Shown here: one piece after another, positions 48,434 through 53,638 of the stretch | How the letters are laid out: every line of letters starts with the position of its first letter | How positions within the stretch are numbered: position 1 is the first letter of the stretch | Program-made: the position numbers and the translations under genes | Notes under the pieces: model-generated | What the model saw: only the letters and a program-made list of their open reading frames with translations | Told to the model about the DNA's origin: nothing | Database searches by the model: none | NCBI GenBank assembly: GCA_026992355.1 | Contig: JALXAE010000178.1 | Span: forward strand, 1-53,638 | DNA: 53,638 bases | Direction of reading: 5' to 3' | DNA from: Syntrophobacterales bacterium | GTDB lineage: Bacteria; Desulfobacterota; Syntrophobacteria; Syntrophobacterales; Thermodesulforhabdaceae

Positions 48434-48757
48434 TTATAAGCCCGGAATCTTAAGACCAGGTATATTGAGCCCTCCTGCAAGACCTGCCATTTCTTGAGCC
48501 ACCATTTCCTGAGCCTTTCGTATACCATCGTTGACTGCGGCAGCTACTAGATCCTCAAGCATTTCAATATCTTCTGGGTCAACAACCTGGGGATCAATCT
48601 TTATATCCACTATTTCAAACTTCCCGTTCACGATTACGGTTACCATGCCCCCGCCTGAAGATGCTTCAACAGTTTTAGATTCTAGTTCTTCCTGCAACTT
48701 GGCCATTTTTGCTTGTATATCTTTGAGTTGCCCAAGAGGGTTAAACATTTTTGCCAT
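48434..48757 (-). CDS. ybaB: Nucleoid-associated protein YbaB/EbfC
   Basis: MAKMFNPLGQLKDIQAKMAKLQEELE...ASSGGGMVTVIVNGK...IKIDP is the family signature. ATG 48757 has GGAGG 5 nt upstream. Confidence 0.9.
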   Translation of the reverse strand: MAKMFNPLGQLKDIQAKMAKLQEELESKTVEASSGGGMVTVIVNGKFEIVDIKIDPQVVDPEDIEMLEDLVAAAVNDGIRKAQEMVAQEMAGLAGGLNIPGLKIPGL

Positions 48758-48780
48758 TTCGTCCTCCGAAAATTTTATTT

Positions 48781-50427
48781 TCACTCTAGATTATTTTCCA
48801 GATTGTTGGTCCTTTTAATCCTTCGAATTTCTACTATATGCCCTCCCAAAATTTCAATGGCGTCCTTTACTGCTGGATGATTTAACGCCATTTGGCGAAT
48901 ATTTCCATCACCTTCTTTGTGAGAGCCATTTTTCTGACCCGCGGAATTGGTTGAACCCGCTTTTACATCAAGGAAAACATTGGAAAGATTAAAAAAGTCT
49001 TCAAACATAGCTCGCAAATGCTTAATCTTTTCCGGCAGGTTTAATATCTCGGCGTAAACAGGTACCACCATTATTTGATATTTATTATTTTCCACCTTAA
49101 AGGGTTTACTTCCCTCAAGCTGAGTTCTTAAAAGAGGGTCTTGTTCATTTAACCATTCCAAAAACAAAGGCCAATCGGAAACAACATCTCCTTTGCGCTT
49201 TCTTTCAATAATGAAATTTCCCCTGTTAACCTTCTCCTCTTTTATTCGTTCGTTTAGACAAATTCCTGATGTTTGCGGTAGCCTTTTTTTTGAAAAGGAT
49301 TGTAATTCCCTTAATATTTCTGGAATGGGTATCAGATTCGGAACGTTTGCCAATTTAATAAGGGTTGCCTCTAAAACAAAATGGGGATCAGCAGAACGTC
49401 TGGCCTGTTCACTTCCCCTTAAAAGAATTTCGTAATAGAGCTGGAGTGTTTCCACATTTATTTTCGAGGCAATGTTTTTAAATTCCTCAAGTTCGTCTGA
49501 AGCAACATTGGAAAATCTATTCGTTTCCGATGAACCTAAAGTTACCAAAAAAAGATTTTGAACAATCTCGAGAAGCCTGTCAAAAAACTTTACACAGTCG
49601 ATTCCCCTTTCGTAAATTCTTTGAGCAAGCTCGGAACACCTTAGATAATCTGAATTCACTACAGCTTTTATCGTTTCCATAATAGTCGCTCTGTCAACTA
49701 TACCAAGGAGATCCAAAAGTTCTTCCGGTTTTATATCTTCTCCGTGGAATGAAACCACCTGCTCCAGAAGTGTTTCAGCATCTCTCATACCACCTTCGGC
49801 TTCTCTAGCTATTGCATTGATAATATCCGGGCTTATATCAAAGTCTTCTTCACGACATATTTTGTTCAGGTGTTCAACAATAAGACCCACAGGAATACGT
49901 CTGAACTCAAAACGCTGACATCTGCTCACAACAGTTGGTGGGAGTTTGTGGGGATCAGTGGTCGCAAATATGAATTTTACATGGGATGGAGGCTCTTCGA
50001 GGGTTTTCAAGAGGGCATTGAAAGCCTCATTTGTAAGCATGTGAACTTCATCTATTATGTAGATTTTGTAACGACTTCTTATGGGTTTATAGGCAATGGA
50101 TTCCTGCAAATTCCTGATATTGTCAATGCCCCGGTTGGATGCTCCGTCAATTTCCAGAACATCGGGAGATTTACCCGCTGCTATGTCGAGGCAATTTTTG
50201 CATTGGTTGCAAGGCTCAGGCGTTACTCCTTTTTCACAATTTATGGCTTTGGACAAAATTCTAGCTACTGAAGTTTTTCCTACGCCCCGAGGCCCGGAGA
50301 ATAAATAAGCGTGAGCTAATCTGCCTGTTTTAATGGCGTTTTGAAGAATTTTAGTTACATGAGGTTGACCTACAACTTCGGAAAATAATTGAGGTCTCCA
50401 CTTTCGAGCAAGTACAAGGTACGTCAT
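48781..50427 (-). CDS. dnaX: DNA polymerase III subunit tau/gamma
   Basis: MTYLVLARKWRPQLFSEVVGQPHV...GPRGVGKTS...the zinc module CNQCKNC...IIDEVHML. The start is set at ATG 50427. The track's extra 27 codons read through tRNA-Ser. Confidence 0.93.
   Translation of the reverse strand: MTYLVLARKWRPQLFSEVVGQPHVTKILQNAIKTGRLAHAYLFSGPRGVGKTSVARILSKAINCEKGVTPEPCNQCKNCLDIAAGKSPDVLEIDGASNRGIDNIRNLQESIAYKPIRSRYKIYIIDEVHMLTNEAFNALLKTLEEPPSHVKFIFATTDPHKLPPTVVSRCQRFEFRRIPVGLIVEHLNKICREEDFDISPDIINAIAREAEGGMRDAETLLEQVVSFHGEDIKPEELLDLLGIVDRATIMETIKAVVNSDYLRCSELAQRIYERGIDCVKFFDRLLEIVQNLFLVTLGSSETNRFSNVASDELEEFKNIASKINVETLQLYYEILLRGSEQARRSADPHFVLEATLIKLANVPNLIPIPEILRELQSFSKKRLPQTSGICLNERIKEEKVNRGNFIIERKRKGDVVSDWPLFLEWLNEQDPLLRTQLEGSKPFKVENNKYQIMVVPVYAEILNLPEKIKHLRAMFEDFFNLSNVFLDVKAGSTNSAGQKNGSHKEGDGNIRQMALNHPAVKDAIEILGGHIVEIRRIKRTNNLENNLE
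49284..49291 (-). other. A8 homopolymer (tcA AAA AAA agg) in dnaX, candidate frameshift or transcriptional-slippage site for a gamma product
   Basis: It sits at codons S379-K380-K381-R382 of the 548-codon gene. The -1 frame stops after 19 codons and the +1 frame after 9 codons (both translated by hand). Confidence 0.35.
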
Positions 50428-50458
50428 TAGCTCCACATTCTCTGGCAAAAATAAAAAA

Positions 50459-50551
50459 TGGCGGAGAGAGAGGGATTCGAACCCTCGGTACGCCTTGTGG
50501 GCGTACACACGATTTCCAGTCGTGCCCCTTCGACCGCTCGGGCATCTCTCC
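50459..50551 (-). tRNA. tRNA-Ser (anticodon GGA), CCA encoded
   Basis: Reverse complement: GGAGAGATGCCCGAGCGGTCGAAGGGGCACGACTGGAAATCGTG-TGTACGCCCACAAGGCGTACC-GAGGGTTCGAATCCCTC-TCTCTCCGCCA. It has a long variable arm (class II) and anticodon loop CTGGAAA. Confidence 0.92.
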
Positions 50552-50605
50552 GCTTATTCGACTGGGCAGATACTAACCTATAAAACTAACATTGTAAATC
50601 ACAAA

Positions 50606-50701
50606 TGGCGGAGAGGGTGGGATTCGAACCCACGTGCCCGGCTCATCACCGGACAAGTCGATTTCGAGTCGACCCCGTTACGACCACTTCGGTACCTCTC
50701 C
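50606..50701 (-). tRNA. tRNA-Ser (anticodon CGA), CCA encoded
   Basis: Reverse complement: GGAGAGGTACCGAAGTGGTCGTAACGGGGTCGACTCGAAATCGAC-TTGTCCGGTGATGAGCCGGGCAC-GTGGGTTCGAATCCCAC-CCTCTCCGCCA. It has a long variable arm and anticodon loop CTCGAAA. Confidence 0.92.
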
Positions 50702-51164
50702 GCTTATTAATAAAGAACTCCCGCAAAATTGATCCACAATCCTCCGCGAGCACTCCACCTTTCACTTCAATATAATGATTAAAAACTTCCATATCTGTCA
50801 AGTCAATACCAGAACTTAGGGCTCCACTCTTGGGATCATCAGTGCCATAGATTAGGCGCTTTATGCGAGCGTGTATCATTGCACTGAAACACATGGAACA
50901 GGGCTCAAGTGTTACATAAATGGAGCAACCCACAAGGCGATAATTGTTTATTCTTTTTGCTGCTTTCCGGATGGCAATAATTTCTGCATGAGCAGTGGGA
51001 TCAGTTCTTCTTATTGGTTCGTTGTGGGCCATAGCCAAAATTTTCCCACTGGAATCAGTTAATACTGCCCCAATGGGAACTTCTCCCAATTTTTTGGCTA
51101 TTTTTGCCATCTTTACCGCGAGACCCATGTAATAGGAATCATCTCGAAAATCGTGTAACGACAT
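50646..51164 (-). CDS. tadA: tRNA adenosine(34) deaminase TadA
   Basis: GEVPIGAVL, the HAEIIAIRKA (H-A-E) and TLEPCSMC (PC..C) zinc motifs. The start is taken at ATG 51164 (MSLHDFRDDSYYMGLAVKMAK). The last 56 nt of the frame lie inside tRNA-Ser(CGA). Confidence 0.88.
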   Translation of the reverse strand: MSLHDFRDDSYYMGLAVKMAKIAKKLGEVPIGAVLTDSSGKILAMAHNEPIRRTDPTAHAEIIAIRKAAKRINNYRLVGCSIYVTLEPCSMCFSAMIHARIKRLIYGTDDPKSGALSSGIDLTDMEVFNHYIEVKGGVLAEDCGSILREFFINKRRGTEVVVTGSTRNRLVR

Positions 51165-51828
51165 CACAAACCCTGGTGAAAATGATCTCACCTTCCCAAT
51201 AAAATCCAACTTGCGTGGTATCTGAAAAAACACTTTCTACTTCCGGAATGTCTGATCCTTCATTTATAAAACCGAGAATTAACGCTGAATAAAGCCTTAC
51301 TAGCGGGCGTTCATGGTTCACATACAGCTTGTAAATTTCTTTTCCCCTGCCACATACAACAGGATCTTTTTCAGCCAATCTTGCCAGTCCCCATAAAGCT
51401 CCTTCAACTAAACTCTCATTGTCTAACATATTCCCGTTTGGATCAACGTAGGAAATCAAGATGTGAGAAAATTCATCGGCAAGTTTTCCATTACAGCGTA
51501 ATATTTCACCCATAGCTTCCGGGCATCCCCATCCAATACCACCGGATTCATCATTAAGCTGCCACATAAGTCTTCTAATAACAACACGGGCATCCTCTAA
51601 GTTCTCCAAAGCAAGCCTGCAAACAACCCATCCTAAAGTGGTTATGGAACGCCATTTTTCGATGGCCGAAGTAGAGCAGAAAAAGGAAATTAAAGGACTC
51701 ACTAACCTTTTGTAACCTATATTGAATTCTTCAATATCTTCCTTTTGAAATCCAGGTGATTTAAGAAATTTTCGTAGGGCAGTTTTTATACTTCTAGAGC
51801 TCTGACGAGCTTGTTCTCTGGCTTTCAT
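51139..51828 (-). CDS. Hypothetical helical-repeat (HEAT/ARM-like) protein
   Basis: 229-aa ORF with repeated amphipathic helices (WRSITTLGWVVCRLA, VEGALWGLARLA, RLYSALILGFI) and a GGIGWGCPEAMGEIL segment. Family not recognised. Confidence 0.55.
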   Translation of the reverse strand: MKAREQARQSSRSIKTALRKFLKSPGFQKEDIEEFNIGYKRLVSPLISFFCSTSAIEKWRSITTLGWVVCRLALENLEDARVVIRRLMWQLNDESGGIGWGCPEAMGEILRCNGKLADEFSHILISYVDPNGNMLDNESLVEGALWGLARLAEKDPVVCGRGKEIYKLYVNHERPLVRLYSALILGFINEGSDIPEVESVFSDTTQVGFYWEGEIIFTRVCDVVTRFSR

Positions 51829-52015
51829 TTTCGTCCCAGTAAATACAGTCGCAGGGGCAACAATCTATGGCTTCTCCCACGAGTTTCTCCGGATAAATTT
51901 CAAGATCCACAACCTCTATGTATGAATCATCAACACAGCGAAAAACTTCCGGGCATATTTCAACACATGCCATGCACATTTTGCAGTGACGAAGATCAAC
52001 AACAGGCCTTTTCAT
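51794..52015 (-). CDS. Small 4Fe-4S ferredoxin
   Basis: CKMCMACVEICP (CxxCxxCxxxCP) plus a distal CCPCDC, 73 aa. Confidence 0.75.
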   Translation of the reverse strand: MKRPVVDLRHCKMCMACVEICPEVFRCVDDSYIEVVDLEIYPEKLVGEAIDCCPCDCIYWDENESQRTSSSEL

Positions 52016-52030
52016 CGGAAACTATCAACA

Positions 52031-53224
52031 TTATCTGCGATTGAGAAGGTAATAATAGGCAGAAAGAGCTGCCTTTGCACCTTCACCGGCAGCAACTACT
52101 ATTTGTTTGTAAGGCACACTGGTAACATCACCACAGGCAAAGACTCCCGCAACTCCCGTCCTACAAAGCTCATCAACAACTATCTCACCCCTCTCATTAG
52201 TTGCAAGCACATCAACAAAAAGGGCAGAATTTGGTAGAAGACCGATTTCCACAAAAATACCTTCAACATCTAACTTTCTGACCTTCCCATCATCCAGAGA
52301 TTCAACCACCAGACCCTCTACTTCGTTATCACCGATGATCTCCACAGGTTTATGCTTTGTCAATATTTCCACAGGCGGCTTGAGAGTCTTAATTTTATTT
52401 TGCAAAACGGGATCTCCCGTGAGAGGGGTTATTGAGACCAAATAAAGTTTTTTTGCTATGGGAGCCAGATCTAATATGGCTTCGAGAGCAGAATTTCCAC
52501 CACCTACAACTGCAACAGAAGCTCCAGCGTAAAGAGGAGCATCGCAAGTAGAACAATAAGAAAGCCCTCTTCCTGCAAGTTTTTGCTCACCTGGTATGTT
52601 CAATGGACGATGGCGACTTCCGGTAGCTATAATCAGGGTCTTGGCATAGAAAATTCTCCCGTCTTCCAGATGTACCCTCTTAACCCTGCTTGCAATATCC
52701 GTGGATATAACTTCTTTACCTACTTCAAGGTGAACCCCATATTTTTCAACATGCTCTTTGAATTTTTGTATTAGCTCACTTGCGTTTACCTGACTGAAGC
52801 CAGGGTAGTTTTCAATGTCATAAGTCCATGTGACCTGCCCACCAATGTTTTTGGTAACAACCAGGGTCTTCATCATCTTGCGAGCCGTATAAATGGCGGC
52901 ACTCAATCCCGCAGGGCCTGCTCCTATAATTATAACATCATACATTTCGTGGCGTTCAGGAACACTTTCCGTAAGGCCAAGTTTTTCGTAAAGAACACCT
53001 GATGCTTCCATGAAAAGGATATCCATGTACCCACCCAAAGGTTCTCCATCAACAACCACTTGAGGCACCGCAGCGCTTCCAGTCAGACGAAACATTTCAT
53101 TCCAGGCTTCAGTCTGGGGTTTTGCTTCAATCTCGGAAAATTCTATGTTTTTGGATTTCAAAAGGTTTTTAACCTGTTCACAGTAAGGACAACCCGTAAC
53201 CGTATAAACTACGATATTTTTCAT
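52031..53224 (-). CDS. Glutaredoxin-domain-fused AhpF/thioredoxin-reductase-like FAD disulfide reductase
   Basis: N-terminal Grx fold with CPYC (VYTVTGCPYCEQVK). It also has FAD motif VIIIGAGPAGLSAAIY, the redox dithiol CSTCD, GGGNSALEA, and an AhpF-like C-terminus SVPYKQIVVAAGEGAKAALSAYYYL. Confidence 0.82.
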   Translation of the reverse strand: MKNIVVYTVTGCPYCEQVKNLLKSKNIEFSEIEAKPQTEAWNEMFRLTGSAAVPQVVVDGEPLGGYMDILFMEASGVLYEKLGLTESVPERHEMYDVIIIGAGPAGLSAAIYTARKMMKTLVVTKNIGGQVTWTYDIENYPGFSQVNASELIQKFKEHVEKYGVHLEVGKEVISTDIASRVKRVHLEDGRIFYAKTLIIATGSRHRPLNIPGEQKLAGRGLSYCSTCDAPLYAGASVAVVGGGNSALEAILDLAPIAKKLYLVSITPLTGDPVLQNKIKTLKPPVEILTKHKPVEIIGDNEVEGLVVESLDDGKVRKLDVEGIFVEIGLLPNSALFVDVLATNERGEIVVDELCRTGVAGVFACGDVTSVPYKQIVVAAGEGAKAALSAYYYLLNRR

Positions 53225-53260
53225 ACCCAGAACCTCTTAGAGAAGTTAAAAATTCCAGGG

Positions 53261-53509
53261 TTACAACAAACCCTTACTTTTTAAGGCTTTTTCGAGCTCC
53301 GGTTGATCAAAACCCACCATTACAATATCATCTATTACTATAACCGGCACACTTCTGGCCCCGCCAGAAACTCTTCTCATTTCCTGAACAGCTTCAGGAT
53401 TCGACATCACATCTATGTCCTCAAAAGCTATGTTGTTTTTTTTGAAAAATTCTTTTGCCTGCCGGCAATATGGGCATGTTGGCGAACTGAATATACGAAC
53501 ATTACTCAT
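53261..53509 (-). CDS. Glutaredoxin-like protein (NrdH/YruB type), 82 aa
   Basis: MSNVRIFSSPTCPYCRQAKEFFKKNNIAFEDIDV... with CPYC and VPVIVID. ATG 53509 has GGAGG 7 nt upstream. The track's 24-codon N-terminal extension is unlikely to be translated. Confidence 0.85.
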   Translation of the reverse strand: MSNVRIFSSPTCPYCRQAKEFFKKNNIAFEDIDVMSNPEAVQEMRRVSGGARSVPVIVIDDIVMVGFDQPELEKALKSKGLL

Positions 53510-53638
53510 TCTGTTTTCCTCCAATCGAGTAGGGTGAGATCGGGTAATTAATCCGATCTCATCCCTCTCACAGAACCGCACGTACGGGCCTCGTATACGG
53601 CTCCTGTTTATTCTTATCCCCGTCGGATCGGGGGAAGC

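Noticed and set aside
50428-50508. N-terminal 27-codon extension of the dnaX track ORF (MYAHKAYRGFESLSLRH...)
   Set aside because: It is a read-through of the tRNA-Ser(GGA) gene; GFESLS is the translated T-arm. The canonical DnaX N-terminus begins at MTYLVLARKWRP (ATG 50427).
53560-53600. ACAGAACC string reminiscent of the RNase P RNA P4 3' strand
   Set aside because: It lacks the following GGCTTA consensus, and the body of such an RNA would have to overlap the glutaredoxin CDS. I treat it as a chance match.
1-53638. CRISPR arrays, tandem repeats, rRNA, and recognisable defence-system genes (nucleases, helicases, methylases)
   Set aside because: Reading through all intergenic regions, I found no regularly spaced direct repeats and no such genes. 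This was an eye scan only, so short or degenerate repeats could have been missed.

Overview
Chromosomal segment of an AT-rich bacterium. Gene content (EtfBA-FadD, TAXI-TRAP, ferredoxin/glutaredoxin redox genes, BKACE) suggests an anaerobe of the Desulfobacterota/Thermodesulfobacteriota type, but that is inference only. I support about 48 CDS, 3 tRNAs (Ala-CGC, Ser-GGA, Ser-CGA), decayed IS256- and IS21-type remnants flanking tRNA-Ala, and several intrinsic terminators and intercistronic hairpins. Ordinary blocks are mog, an EF-G paralogue, radical-SAM plus flavodoxin, a CaCA antiporter, mnmG, etfBA-fadD, a porin, a Dpp/Opp-type peptide ABC importer, and tadA-tRNASer-tRNASer-dnaX-ybaB-recR. The stand-out is a ~20-kb minus-strand gene string (39311 down to 19011) with almost no intergenic space. 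It runs TAXI-TRAP plus a BKACE enzyme, then six glycosyltransferase/methyltransferase/Cys-cluster genes, then an unusual ABC module. That module holds a minimal FtsX permease, a 46-aa zinc-ribbon ORF missing from the ORF track, a MacB/LolD-type ATPase, a 1600-aa fusion of a catalytically degenerate M28/PA peptidase-like ectodomain to an FtsX permease, and two 658-aa polytopic membrane proteins. I know of no characterised system with this composition, so it is my main candidate for a novel envelope machine. Secondary observations are an A8 slippery run at the expected tau/gamma boundary of dnaX, a tadA reading frame that terminates inside a tRNA-Ser gene, a Grx-fused AhpF-like reductase next to a ferredoxin, and a window-edge sensor gene missing from the ORF track. 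All family calls come from motif recognition by eye; no database search was run.
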